Shown: positions 18,101 through 27,309, counted from the first letter of the stretch. The stretch is 56,512 bases of DNA from an uncultured virus (IMG/VR IMGVR_UViG_3300042445_002563) (IMGVR_UViG_3300042445_002563); one strand, 5' to 3'. The notes: generated from the sequence alone by a model not told the origin. Made by a program: numbers and translations.

Positions 18101-18327
18101 ATTCAGCACAACGACGACAGGATGACCGAAAGTGGAAGTACCAGATCAAGTTAACTTTGGAGGAGGCAGATCGTAACGGGTATGACAACATGTTTGACTG
18201 GTGCCGCACCACGTTTGGCAATGGTATACACAATGATCTTTGGCGGGAAAAACATCAAGAAACTGGCACCTGGTGGCAGTTCAGTGACAGCAAGGCCGCC
18301 GCACTGTTTGCACTGAAATGGTCGTAA
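18097..18327 (+). CDS. LKW-family small protein
   Basis: DWC...FSDSKAAALFALKWS; ATGA overlap. Confidence 0.7.
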   Translation: MNSAQRRQDDRKWKYQIKLTLEEADRNGYDNMFDWCRTTFGNGIHNDLWREKHQETGTWWQFSDSKAAALFALKWS

Positions 18328-18351
18328 GAAAGCCCCTTTCGGGGCTTTCAT
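18328..18351. terminator. Hairpin between convergent genes, probably bidirectional terminator
   Basis: GAAAGCCCC-TTTC-GGGGCTTTC. Confidence 0.75.
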
Positions 18352-18354
18352 TTC

Positions 18355-18582
18355 TTACGCCTGGTCTACAAACTTCTTGAGTTCTTCAGCCTTGCTCACA
18401 ATATCCGCACTAGACGGAAAGTCCGGTAAGGCTGGAAATGCAAGTGAGTCACGATTGGCATCAGTTAACTTGGCATGATACTCATTTATCTTAGCCTCGC
18501 GAGTTTGGTAGATTGGCGTTTGGAGTATTTCCCTAGCCAAGTGTAAGAGTTCGAGACGAATCTCATAGGGTGTTTTGCTCAT
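18355..18582 (-). CDS. Conserved-looking phage hypothetical protein
   Basis: MSKTPYEIRLELL...AEELKKFV; CAGGAG RBS. Confidence 0.75.
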   Translation of the reverse strand: MSKTPYEIRLELLHLAREILQTPIYQTREAKINEYHAKLTDANRDSLAFPALPDFPSSADIVSKAEELKKFVDQA

Positions 18583-18654
18583 GTTTTTCTCCTGTGTGAT
18601 GTGTGTGTAATCGTGCCCCGCCCTTTGCAGGACAAGATTGCTACACGAGCAAGT

Positions 18655-19086
18655 TTACTTATAGATGTAGTTGATGGTGTTGGAATTTTCACGCAATTCT
18701 CTAGCACCATTTTTCAAATGAAATCGTCGAGCCATTTCGGTCTTGGGACTTAGGGTCACATAGGTGCTGATATCGGGAAATTCTTGCTGAATGCTGGTCT
18801 GAGCCTGCTGGATTAGTTCTCGGCCTGCGCCAGCGGCATAGCTCCAAATGGTGTAAAATACCGCAGTTGTGGCACTCTCGACCAAGCCAACCAAGTCTTC
18901 CACAGCAGCAGGAACCACAGTCAAAAACTTCACACAGGTCACTGCCAGAGTTTGGTCACCATTTTTCAGCATGTAGATTCTGCTGTTGGCATTGACTCTT
19001 TGGCTTAGAGGAATTTCGGGACGTACCGGGTCATCCTGAATCAAGGTCTCAAGCTCGTCGGTAATGGTTGTGATGGTGTGTAACAT
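18655..19086 (-). CDS. GNAT-fold protein resembling malonyl-CoA decarboxylase catalytic domain
   Basis: TAVFYTI...GRELI...QEFP..TYVTLSP; ARRFHLKNG; TAAATA upstream. Confidence 0.55.
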   Translation of the reverse strand: MLHTITTITDELETLIQDDPVRPEIPLSQRVNANSRIYMLKNGDQTLAVTCVKFLTVVPAAVEDLVGLVESATTAVFYTIWSYAAGAGRELIQQAQTSIQQEFPDISTYVTLSPKTEMARRFHLKNGARELRENSNTINYIYK

Positions 19087-19187
19087 AATCTACGCCATTC
19101 GTTATATACAGCTATTTATCTTTGGCATCAAAATTTGATATTTTTTATCAAAACAATAGATTATGGCAACATGTGTGCCAAACATGC

Positions 19188-19216
19188 TTGATTATATCGC
19201 ACACATGCGTTATACT
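19188..19216 (+). promoter_or_regulatory. Sigma70-type promoter
   Basis: TTGATT-N17-TATACT. Confidence 0.65.
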
Positions 19217-19271
19217 AGTATCATGCTGTGACGCAAACAGCTAATTTAACTTACTTTGAAAGGTAACAATT

Positions 19272-19538
19272 ATGCGCTTTAATCCAGAAACTAAAACCTA
19301 CAAACTTTTCTCCGCTCTCAATGCAGGCGAGAAAGTGTCCGCCAGTGTCGCTTCCAAGCGTTTTGGCATCAAGAACATTTCCGCTGAAGTGTCACGTATC
19401 CGTCAAGCAGGCTTTGCTGTGTACGGCAACTCCCGTGTGGCCGGCAACGGTATCAAGGTTACAGAATATGTAATCGGCAAACCAAGCCGCAAGATTGTGG
19501 CTGCTGGCTACAAGGCCATGGCCATGGGCCTGGTCTAA
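19272..19538 (+). CDS. Winged-HTH-like basic DNA-binding protein
   Basis: SKRFGIKNISAEVSRIRQAG; AAGGT RBS. Confidence 0.65.
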   Translation: MRFNPETKTYKLFSALNAGEKVSASVASKRFGIKNISAEVSRIRQAGFAVYGNSRVAGNGIKVTEYVIGKPSRKIVAAGYKAMAMGLV

Positions 19539-19580
19539 TACAGACTCGCTGTCCGATTCAGACCGGACACTTAGGTAAAC

Positions 19581-19606
19581 AAGGCCCGTGCAATGCGGGC
19601 TTTCTC
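19581..19606 (+). terminator. Rho-independent terminator
   Basis: GCCCGT-GCAA-TGCGGGC then TTTCTCTT. Confidence 0.65.
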
Positions 19607-19635
19607 TTGACCATTAATTCAAGATGTTGTATAAT
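19607..19635 (+). promoter_or_regulatory. Sigma70-type early promoter
   Basis: TTGACC-N17-TATAAT. Confidence 0.85.
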
Positions 19636-19655
19636 TGTTCAGCAAAGGAGTAAGC

Positions 19656-20108
19656 ATGTTTTTAAAACTACTGGAGCGTCTGGGCCGAAAAAGGATTGTT
19701 TACGATCGCCTGGACAATGAACCGTATCTGGAGCGTTACTATATTTTTCTCAAGGACCGAAGCTGGTTCCCTTTTAATGTGTTCCTTCACAAGTTTCTCA
19801 AGAGTGATCCTGACGATGTGCATGATCATCCGTGGCCATTTGCCACACTAATTTTGAAAGGTGGATACTGGGAGTGGCGCCCGCAGTTTGATGCACAAGG
19901 TAACAAGGCCGGAGAGATTGCCAAATGGTGCGGTGCCGGTAGCTTTAGAACTGCTCGAGCCACAACATATCACCGCATTGAACTGGATCCCACAGTGGAA
20001 TGTTGGACCTTGTTCATGCCTGGTGCCAAACAACGAGACTGGGGATTCCTTGTGAAAAACAAGTGGGTACAGTGGGAACAATATTTAACTCAAAGGAAAA
20101 CAGCATGA
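19656..20108 (+). CDS. Cupin-fold protein
   Basis: LHKF..SD...HDHPW, GGYWE, YHRI, WTLF, WGF; AAGGAG RBS gives start 19656. Confidence 0.7.
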   Translation: MFLKLLERLGRKRIVYDRLDNEPYLERYYIFLKDRSWFPFNVFLHKFLKSDPDDVHDHPWPFATLILKGGYWEWRPQFDAQGNKAGEIAKWCGAGSFRTARATTYHRIELDPTVECWTLFMPGAKQRDWGFLVKNKWVQWEQYLTQRKTA

Positions 20109-20407
20109 AATGGTTTGACAAATGGTTTCTCAACAAATCCAAGTGGGCCTGGCAGCACCGCAACGACGAACCTAATGTGGCTGAGGTAGAAACAAACAGC
20201 GTATCAAGATTGGTTGGCCGTGAGCATGACTGGCACGAAAATCTCAGCTTGTCGATAACTACTGCAAATGGTGGAAAAATTGTTTCGTTCAGGCGCTATG
20301 ATCACAAGACTGATCGCCATGACAACAAGATCTATGTTGTGCCCGATGATCTGGACTTTAATGCAGAACTGGGCAAGATGATCACTTTGGAAAGCATGCG
20401 AGGTTAA
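20105..20407 (+). CDS. Hypothetical protein
   Basis: AAGGA RBS, ATGA overlap (MKWFDKW). Confidence 0.72.
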   Translation: MKWFDKWFLNKSKWAWQHRNDEPNVAEVETNSVSRLVGREHDWHENLSLSITTANGGKIVSFRRYDHKTDRHDNKIYVVPDDLDFNAELGKMITLESMRG

Positions 20408-20409
20408 AT

Positions 20410-20775
20410 ATGGACTTGATCATGGAGTTTTTAGAACTGGCTGGATATGTTGCAATTGCATATGGCATTGTTAGATGGATGACCAAAACGGCCGTGCCAA
20501 GTGAGACCAACCAGGTCCTGACCGAAATCCAGGATGGTAGCTTGATACCACTCACTGTTGAACTTGACAACAATACCTTTTTGTGCTATAATATGTTAAC
20601 AAAGGAATTTGTGTGTCAGGGCAATGATCTCAACGAGATCATGAAACGGTTCACTGAACGATTCCCTGACACAATGTTGTCCTTTTATGATGACAACAGT
20701 GTCGCAGTCAAAATCTTGAACGAACAACGCAGGAGTTTACTTGAAAATCGCAATTGCATCGGACCTACACCTTGA
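20410..20775 (+). CDS. Hypothetical protein with N-terminal TM
   Basis: GAGG RBS; EFVCQG. Confidence 0.7.
   Translation: MDLIMEFLELAGYVAIAYGIVRWMTKTAVPSETNQVLTEIQDGSLIPLTVELDNNTFLCYNMLTKEFVCQGNDLNEIMKRFTERFPDTMLSFYDDNSVAVKILNEQRRSLLENRNCIGPTP
20564..20592 (+). promoter_or_regulatory. Intragenic perfect-consensus sigma70 promoter
   Basis: TTGACA-N17-TATAAT with TGn, inside CDS 20410-20775. Confidence 0.7.
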
Positions 20776-21619
20776 ATTTGGTGACCTGGAGTTTGACAAC
20801 AGCAGCCACGCTGATGTGTTGATCCTGAGTGGCGATATCCTTGTGGCCCGAGATATCACACAACATGATCCCCACAACATCATGGGAACAGAATACCGTA
20901 GCAATCGATATCACAACTTTATGCAACGCTGCTGTGAACAGTTTGCTCATGTGATCTACGTCATGGGTAATCACGAACACTATCATCATGACTTTGCCAA
21001 GACCGAAAGTCATCTCAAAGATGTGCTTGGTTACCTGAAAAACTTGTATATCCTTGAGCGTGAAATCAAGGTCATTGACAACGTTACCTTTGTTGGTGGC
21101 ACGTTATGGACTGACATGAACCAGGAAGATCCGCTGACCTTGTACCACATGAAGAGCATGATGAATGATTTCAGGATCATCAGCAACAGCAACAAACAGG
21201 TCAATTATAGAACTTTTGATGATGTTGACAATCCTGAAAAACCAACTTTTAGAACTCGGGAGGCCAAATTCAGCCCGGAGGATTCAGTAGAACAACATCG
21301 TATGTTTGTGGCCTACCTTCAACACTGTGTTGAAGGCCGAGCAGATCAAAAGTTTGTGGTGGCGGGGCATCATGCACCCAGCAGACTCAGCACACATGCA
21401 CAGTATGCCAACGCCACTCTGATGAACGGTGCCTACCGTTCAGACTTGGATGAATACATTCAGGATCATCCGCAGATTCGACTGTGGACTCATGGGCACA
21501 CGCATCACAATTTTGACTACATGATTGGCGAAACTAGAGTGGTATGTAACCCGCGTGGTTATCATGGGCATGAGCAACAGGCCGCTACCTGGCAACTGCA
21601 AACCGTGGAGATTCAATGA
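20741..21619 (+). CDS. Calcineurin-like metallophosphoesterase
   Basis: SDLHLEF, LSGD, GNHEHY, TLWTD, HHAP, HGHTH, CNPRGY; TTG start after AGGAG. Confidence 0.92.
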   Translation: MKIAIASDLHLEFGDLEFDNSSHADVLILSGDILVARDITQHDPHNIMGTEYRSNRYHNFMQRCCEQFAHVIYVMGNHEHYHHDFAKTESHLKDVLGYLKNLYILEREIKVIDNVTFVGGTLWTDMNQEDPLTLYHMKSMMNDFRIISNSNKQVNYRTFDDVDNPEKPTFRTREAKFSPEDSVEQHRMFVAYLQHCVEGRADQKFVVAGHHAPSRLSTHAQYANATLMNGAYRSDLDEYIQDHPQIRLWTHGHTHHNFDYMIGETRVVCNPRGYHGHEQQAATWQLQTVEIQ

Positions 21620-21876
21620 GCCAACAAGAAACTACTGCCAAGGGCCAACGAGGCATACTGATCACTGGTATGGATAATCAAGTGTACTTTAGACAGTACG
21701 CCAGTGACTACACCTTTGTTGACTACATGTTGACCAACTATGACGTTGAGATTGAAATCACTGATGCAGACGCTGCCTTGATCAGAAACGAAAGCGGCAA
21801 CTTTCTTGACTACACTTCTGAAAGCATGAGTGTTGTGGCAAACAGTAACCTTGGTAGTGACAATGACCGAACTTGA
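21616..21876 (+). CDS. Hypothetical protein
   Basis: GGAG RBS, ATGA overlap. Confidence 0.65.
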   Translation: MSQQETTAKGQRGILITGMDNQVYFRQYASDYTFVDYMLTNYDVEIEITDADAALIRNESGNFLDYTSESMSVVANSNLGSDNDRT

Positions 21877-22042
21877 AACTTTGTTGAAAACACATGACTG
21901 GGGTCATGCAGGATACATTACTCGACCTGCAATAGATCAAGCCATGCGAGCCACAGCAGGTGCAGAAGCCACTGCACTATGGGAAAAATACTGTCCTTGG
22001 AGTGAGACCAATGGCGGATACATTGCCTGGAGTAAACGATGA
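21863..22042 (+). CDS. Hypothetical protein
   Basis: MTELETLLKTHDW; coupled to neighbours. Confidence 0.6.
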   Translation: MTELETLLKTHDWGHAGYITRPAIDQAMRATAGAEATALWEKYCPWSETNGGYIAWSKR

Positions 22043-22761
22043 AAGTATATATTAGCAAATATCGAGATCACTGGATCTCACCGTACACCATGTTGGACTA
22101 TGCGTTTTGGTGGACTGACTGGTCACGGTGCAGTCGTGACAAAACTGTGATTCGTTCACTGGCCGAAGAGCGTGAACACAAATATGTGGAACACCCTGCC
22201 TGGGTAGAGCGGTGGTCGGATCGACTGCTGCCTGTTAGTCGTGCTATTGCATGGGTGTGGGACCGTGTGCATCCACCCATCAACTACATCAAGATTGATC
22301 ACTATGACACCTGGAGCATGGATCATACCCTGAGCCCCATCATCCTGCCCATGCTGAAACAACTAAAAGCGGCCAAGCATGGTTCACCGTTTGTGGATGA
22401 CGAGGATGTGCCAGACGAACTAAAAAGCACAGCAGCGCCCCCCAAAGAAAACGAATGGGACACTGATGAAAACCACTTCCGGCGTTGGGACTGGGTCATG
22501 AGCGAAATGATCTTTGCATTTGAGTGCAAGGTAGATGACTCCTGGGAAGATGCTTTCCGTTCAGGCGAACATGACATTACATGGATCCCTGTGGATGCTG
22601 CCGGCAATGAAGTAGCCAAGGGCGAGCACAAGTACTATCAAATGGGACACGGGCCCAAAGACACCTACCGGTGCGATTACGAAGGCATGAAGGTGGTAGA
22701 AGCTCGTATTCAAAACGGCTTCCGATTATTTGGCAAGTATTATGCAGCACTTTGGGATTGA
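22039..22761 (+). CDS. Hypothetical phage protein
   Basis: DTWSMDHTL...GFRLFGKYY; ATGA overlap. Confidence 0.75.
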   Translation: MKVYISKYRDHWISPYTMLDYAFWWTDWSRCSRDKTVIRSLAEEREHKYVEHPAWVERWSDRLLPVSRAIAWVWDRVHPPINYIKIDHYDTWSMDHTLSPIILPMLKQLKAAKHGSPFVDDEDVPDELKSTAAPPKENEWDTDENHFRRWDWVMSEMIFAFECKVDDSWEDAFRSGEHDITWIPVDAAGNEVAKGEHKYYQMGHGPKDTYRCDYEGMKVVEARIQNGFRLFGKYYAALWD

Positions 22762-22762
22762 C

Positions 22763-23458
22763 ATGAGAACTGCACTGCAGACAATCAACTGGGACGAGGT
22801 TCTCACCATTGACAACGAGCCTCCCGAAGGACCAATTGTGTTCAAAGATGATCCAATTGCCATGGCCTGTGCCAGCTATAGATTGGGGCAACAGGGTGGA
22901 TATGCCTGGTTGGATCTACATTCAGCAACAATAGAACCTCAGGATCGCGACACAGCCGCTGACATTCGCAAATACTATGCTGATCGACTGTTGGTAACAG
23001 CACTCAAGTCCAATGGCGTCATGAGTGAATTTAGACGCAAACTGTATGGTGTGGTCACTGGCAACTATCAACTGAAGAAATCTGAAGAAGGTATGCTGTA
23101 TCGACTGCCATACTTTTATGCTGAAGACACTGGCCTTGATCATGTGATGAGTCAGACACAGTCAGTATCAATAGTCAACAATGCCACAGCAAAGATTGCA
23201 GGAAAGTTTACTCTTGTGAAAAAAATATTTTGCAGTCGTGCACATGCCGGATCTCATTGGCAGTTTTGGTTTGTGCGTGAAACATCTCAGGTGCCATACT
23301 TGGTAGAAATCCGGGATGACAATGTGCTGTACAAGTTGTTTGACACCTTGACCCAGCAGCCGCAGATGTTTTCCGCGGGCACAACGCACGTCAAACATCA
23401 TCGCGGCCATTATCGAGACAGGGTCTACATCAAGATGACACAGGTTGATCTAGCATGA
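22763..23458 (+). CDS. Hypothetical protein
   Basis: Starts 1 nt after upstream stop. Confidence 0.7.
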   Translation: MRTALQTINWDEVLTIDNEPPEGPIVFKDDPIAMACASYRLGQQGGYAWLDLHSATIEPQDRDTAADIRKYYADRLLVTALKSNGVMSEFRRKLYGVVTGNYQLKKSEEGMLYRLPYFYAEDTGLDHVMSQTQSVSIVNNATAKIAGKFTLVKKIFCSRAHAGSHWQFWFVRETSQVPYLVEIRDDNVLYKLFDTLTQQPQMFSAGTTHVKHHRGHYRDRVYIKMTQVDLA

Positions 23459-23480
23459 TGGGTCAAGCAGTATTTGCCAA

Positions 23481-23699
23481 ATGTATAGAATTGAATTACC
23501 AAACTTGACCCCCGATGACGGCATACGTCTCAAGAATCTGCTGATCAGTACTGGACTAGTAATGTATCAGGACTTTGTATGGCAATACCGCACAGCAGTT
23601 TACGACAAAACAGGATACAACTCAATTACCCCGCGCACAGTGACATTTGACTTTGAGGATGGAGCCACTGCCACATACTGGCGGCTGAAATGGATCTGA
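23481..23699 (+). CDS. LKW-family small protein
   Basis: FDFEDGATATYWRLKWI. Confidence 0.68.
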   Translation: MYRIELPNLTPDDGIRLKNLLISTGLVMYQDFVWQYRTAVYDKTGYNSITPRTVTFDFEDGATATYWRLKWI

Positions 23700-23736
23700 C
23701 ATTTTTGTCAAGCACTGCTAGACCAACTAATTAACA

Positions 23737-23976
23737 TTGATGAATACTGTTTCAGTCCCTTATCAACATCGCAACAAAGAAAGTTTTCAGCATACCCGAA
23801 AAATTACCAAACCTTTTGGGGCACTGGATCACGTGATAGACTGGTGCAGAACTGAATGCACTGGAGATTGGCGCTGGGAGTTGGTTGACGTCAGTTCAGA
23901 CACAAGTCCGGGACAATACATTTTTTATTTTGATTCAGATCGTGATTGTGCAGCATTTTCCCTGCAATGGTGCTAG
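23737..23976 (+). CDS. LKW-family small protein
   Basis: DWC..E...WRW...FYFDSDRDCAAFSLQWC. Confidence 0.68.
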   Translation: MMNTVSVPYQHRNKESFQHTRKITKPFGALDHVIDWCRTECTGDWRWELVDVSSDTSPGQYIFYFDSDRDCAAFSLQWC

Positions 23977-23990
23977 TACTTTTGCTGTAC

Positions 23991-24019
23991 TTGACTCAAA
24001 ACCCTGATTCAGCTATAAT
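23991..24019 (+). promoter_or_regulatory. Sigma70-type early promoter
   Basis: TTGACT-N17-TATAAT. Confidence 0.82.
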
Positions 24020-24044
24020 ACAAGCTCATCCACTAGGAAACGCC

Positions 24045-24269
24045 ATGACTATTCACATTGACAATCTAACCCAGGCGCAAGTTGACATGCTGGATCACAT
24101 GTGGTCCTTGGAAACAGAACAAGACTACTTTGACTGGTACGAAACACTGGACGCTAGAGAACAGCACAGTGCCGATGTACTGCAACGCTTGATCATTCTT
24201 GAGTGCATGGAAGAAAATCTAGGCAACCATGCCGAAGCCCGTGCAGTGCTACAACAATTTCGATTATGA
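24045..24269 (+). CDS. Hypothetical acidic protein
   Basis: AGGA RBS gives start MTIHID. Confidence 0.7.
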   Translation: MTIHIDNLTQAQVDMLDHMWSLETEQDYFDWYETLDAREQHSADVLQRLIILECMEENLGNHAEARAVLQQFRL

Positions 24270-24481
24270 GCCAAGACGGCCGAACAATTGATCATGTCAT
24301 GCGTGACATCAAGAACTTGACAGAATACCAGGTTCAGATCACCATTCCGGAGGGATTTAAGTTCTCTGGCACAGTGCCATTTGACATGAACATTGTGGCC
24401 GGCGAAGCCTTTGTGACCCTGGTAGCACCCAGCTGGCCTGAGGCAGTGTCTAGAGTAAAAAACTTTTTTAATCAAACTTAA
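24266..24481 (+). CDS. Hypothetical protein
   Basis: ATGA overlap (MSQDGR). Confidence 0.65.
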   Translation: MSQDGRTIDHVMRDIKNLTEYQVQITIPEGFKFSGTVPFDMNIVAGEAFVTLVAPSWPEAVSRVKNFFNQT

Positions 24482-24482
24482 T

Positions 24483-24728
24483 ATGAATATTGATCAAGCA
24501 TCTGCATTTTTAGTAGGCTCAATCTTGATTGGCCTGGCCATATGTGTGTTGTCAGTGGTAATACTGGTGGTGAATAATTTGTTCAGCCGCTTCTGGCAGA
24601 CTGTACATTGGTCCAAGTATGAATGGTTGCAGCCCGGCAGATTTGTCAACTCAGAAGATCCAGCGCCGCCAAAAGTAGCGCCCGAGTTTGACAGCAAGGC
24701 TACAAAAAAGAAACCACCAGTTGTATGA
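24483..24728 (+). CDS. Small membrane protein
   Basis: N-terminal TM helix. Confidence 0.65.
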   Translation: MNIDQASAFLVGSILIGLAICVLSVVILVVNNLFSRFWQTVHWSKYEWLQPGRFVNSEDPAPPKVAPEFDSKATKKKPPVV

Positions 24729-25075
24729 TCAACCAAGAAGATGAAGATCCACGCAATAGCGTGTTTGCCATCATGTGGGACTGCAATGGCCTTGAAGCTG
24801 TGGCTCGTGTGCCCAACCCAGCTGACATCACCTTTGCATTGCTCAAGGGTGCAGAGCCTCCAAGACCGCCCAACATCAACCATTGGCAATTGCGAGCACG
24901 ATACAACAGCCAGCGCCACTACGAAATCTACATCATTACTGCTGACTCAGGCATTGTTGAAGATGACATTCGCAACATGTTTGAAGCTGATCCGCAAACA
25001 GCAGCCGACACCGTTCGACGCATTGGTGAAAAGTTTTACGGTGATCGCCGGTGCACTCCGGTGGCAATCACTTAG
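24725..25075 (+). CDS. Hypothetical protein
   Basis: ATGA overlap; MWDCNGLE, RARYNSQRHYEIY. Confidence 0.7.
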   Translation: MINQEDEDPRNSVFAIMWDCNGLEAVARVPNPADITFALLKGAEPPRPPNINHWQLRARYNSQRHYEIYIITADSGIVEDDIRNMFEADPQTAADTVRRIGEKFYGDRRCTPVAIT

Positions 25076-25078
25076 TGG

Positions 25079-25107
25079 TTGACCATTGATCATAATTTTG
25101 TTATAAT
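25079..25107 (+). promoter_or_regulatory. Sigma70-type early promoter
   Basis: TTGACC-N17-TATAAT with TGn. Confidence 0.85.
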
Positions 25108-25183
25108 ATACACAAGCTAGCCTGGTATGGTACCAGGCGGCCTGTTACCCGATGCATTGTGCATCATTACTAAAGGAAACAAA

Positions 25184-26236
25184 ATGGCAACCAAACGCCT
25201 AACACGCAAACTCACTGACGTGATTGCAGAAGTTGAAACACAACTTCGAGCACACTACAATGTAACTCAAAACAACCTTGATGCCTGGCGAACCCGTGCA
25301 AAGGCTCTATCACACAAATTTCCTGTCAGTAGCATGATCCAAATTGAAGATCTTTGGATTGACTATGAAGTTCAGCGTGATGTGTTGCACAAGCACATCA
25401 TTAATATCATGCGAAAGTGGGATCCACGCATTTGCTCCCCTGGATCTGCATGCCGCTTTGGCGGAACACCTCCAATCTATTTGTACGACGCCCAGCACCG
25501 TACCATTGCGGCAGGCTTGCTAGGCTACACAGAAATTCCTTGTGCAGTGGTAGAAACTGACGAACCCAACTTTGCATCCTACGCATTTGAAATGCTCAAC
25601 GACACAGGCGTCAAACGACTCACTCCCGGCGATTTGCATCGCAATGCCTTGGTGCGTTACAAGAATGGCAGTCGCGACAGCAAGGTAGTTCACGCCAGAA
25701 CTATGCAAGATCAATTTGACGCCACGGGCATTGACCTGCAAGACAAAGGTAGTCGCAACAGCGATAACCTACGTGGTGACAACGACTACTTCTTCAGTCA
25801 CTTTAAGTATGCACAAAAAGGCATCGAAGTGGATGACAAGGGCAAGGTACTGTTTGAAGTCTTAAATTCTATCAAGACAGCGTTTCCATTACAAGAGGAA
25901 ATTGACCAGGGCATTTACATTGGACTGTTGGAATTACACAAGTTATCTCGTGCAGAGACAACCGAATTACCCAAAAGGTGGATAATTGAATTGTTAAATG
26001 TGGTCAAGAAAACTTTTAAGAGTTCTAATTTGATCCATTCCAAAGCCAAAGTGCAATGGGAACATGTGAATCCCGGCGGCACTTGGACTGCTCCTACTGC
26101 TATGAGCAACTTCATGCGTGAGCTGTATATTCGCAACGGCGGCACCCAGTTGAACTTGCCCTACCACGGAGAAGGCGCTAAAATGGGTATTACTGATGGC
26201 AATGTTGCCCCAGGTTTGTTTCCCGAGGAGAACTAA
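25184..26236 (+). CDS. ParB/Srx-fold (DGQHR-like, DUF6551-like) protein
   Basis: LWIDYEVQR, YDAQHR, IPCAVV, FEMLN...LTPGD; AAGGA RBS gives start MATKRL. Confidence 0.72.
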   Translation: MATKRLTRKLTDVIAEVETQLRAHYNVTQNNLDAWRTRAKALSHKFPVSSMIQIEDLWIDYEVQRDVLHKHIINIMRKWDPRICSPGSACRFGGTPPIYLYDAQHRTIAAGLLGYTEIPCAVVETDEPNFASYAFEMLNDTGVKRLTPGDLHRNALVRYKNGSRDSKVVHARTMQDQFDATGIDLQDKGSRNSDNLRGDNDYFFSHFKYAQKGIEVDDKGKVLFEVLNSIKTAFPLQEEIDQGIYIGLLELHKLSRAETTELPKRWIIELLNVVKKTFKSSNLIHSKAKVQWEHVNPGGTWTAPTAMSNFMRELYIRNGGTQLNLPYHGEGAKMGITDGNVAPGLFPEEN

Positions 26237-26237
26237 A

Positions 26238-26759
26238 ATGAAAAATGCATTTCACAACTACCCTGCAATCTACTTACCACTGGCCTCAATGAATGATCCT
26301 TGGGAAATCTGTGAATTCTTAGATGCTAAAAATATCAGACAGTACACCTATTTCTTTGCTACCAGTTTAGGAATACTAAAATATGGACAGAGCGCCAATG
26401 ATAACAGTGCATTTTGTGGCAACCGTCTATACAGACAAGCAGGCAACATACTTGGTTGGCCCAAAGGCCTGATAGGTAACAGTGGCGATGACATGACGGT
26501 TATTAGTCAGGACTATACAGAAATGTACAGGAAAAATTTACACAGGAAGGATGTGATAATTGGTGTGGTTGACATGTCTGGGCACACCGCCGAAGACTGT
26601 GAAGAATTAGAACGAAATTTTATTGACCTACATATTCACCAGCGCGGTCATGCCCCAATTGGAAACAAGGATTATACAACTTTGTTAACTGAACGAAAAT
26701 ATCACAATCAACATCAACTAGAAAAGTTTGGCATTTATATCCTGGGTGACCATGCTTAA
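26238..26759 (+). CDS. GIY-YIG-like protein
   Basis: QYTYFF...LKYGQS...RLYRQ...ELERNFI...PIGN spacing; GAGGAG RBS. Confidence 0.55.
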   Translation: MKNAFHNYPAIYLPLASMNDPWEICEFLDAKNIRQYTYFFATSLGILKYGQSANDNSAFCGNRLYRQAGNILGWPKGLIGNSGDDMTVISQDYTEMYRKNLHRKDVIIGVVDMSGHTAEDCEELERNFIDLHIHQRGHAPIGNKDYTTLLTERKYHNQHQLEKFGIYILGDHA

Positions 26760-27309
26760 AGAATCTCTAGAACAATTCACAGCACCGGTGTACGGCAAGA
26801 CCCGTCGTACACCGGACACATACCGCACTGTGGCCGACCACTGTACCGGGCACTTGGAACGTCTGGTTGCAGAGTACCGCGGTGTAAAAAACAATCAACA
26901 GTTGTTGCGTGAGATACGCAATGACATTGACTACTATCTGCGTCGATATCACGAGTACTGCATCAAGCAACGCGATGGAATGCAAGCACACTACCACGAA
27001 ATTGGCGCTGATGACGAGTGTGATTTTGAGCATTTGATTCCGGCCGCTCGCATTCGCGACCTGTTGTTGGTCAATGCCATCGCAGTAGAACAGGCTCTCA
27101 ATGCACCCACTGTGCGACTGAGTCGTATCAAACATGCTCAACTCAAAGAAGCGGGCTGGGCCAGTACCACTCCTGACATGTGGCGGCCGTTCAGGCGCTA
27201 CAGTCAGGTGTTTGAGGCCAAGTTTGAAACACACGACGGCACCCAGATTAACACTGAGACTTGGACACTTGAACAACATTTCAACTACTTTCAACATCTT
27301 GTGCTATGA
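26752..27309 (+). CDS. HNH/His-Me-finger-like protein
   Basis: CDFEHLIP...H..L...PF.RY. Confidence 0.5.
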   Translation: MLKESLEQFTAPVYGKTRRTPDTYRTVADHCTGHLERLVAEYRGVKNNQQLLREIRNDIDYYLRRYHEYCIKQRDGMQAHYHEIGADDECDFEHLIPAARIRDLLLVNAIAVEQALNAPTVRLSRIKHAQLKEAGWASTTPDMWRPFRRYSQVFEAKFETHDGTQINTETWTLEQHFNYFQHLVL

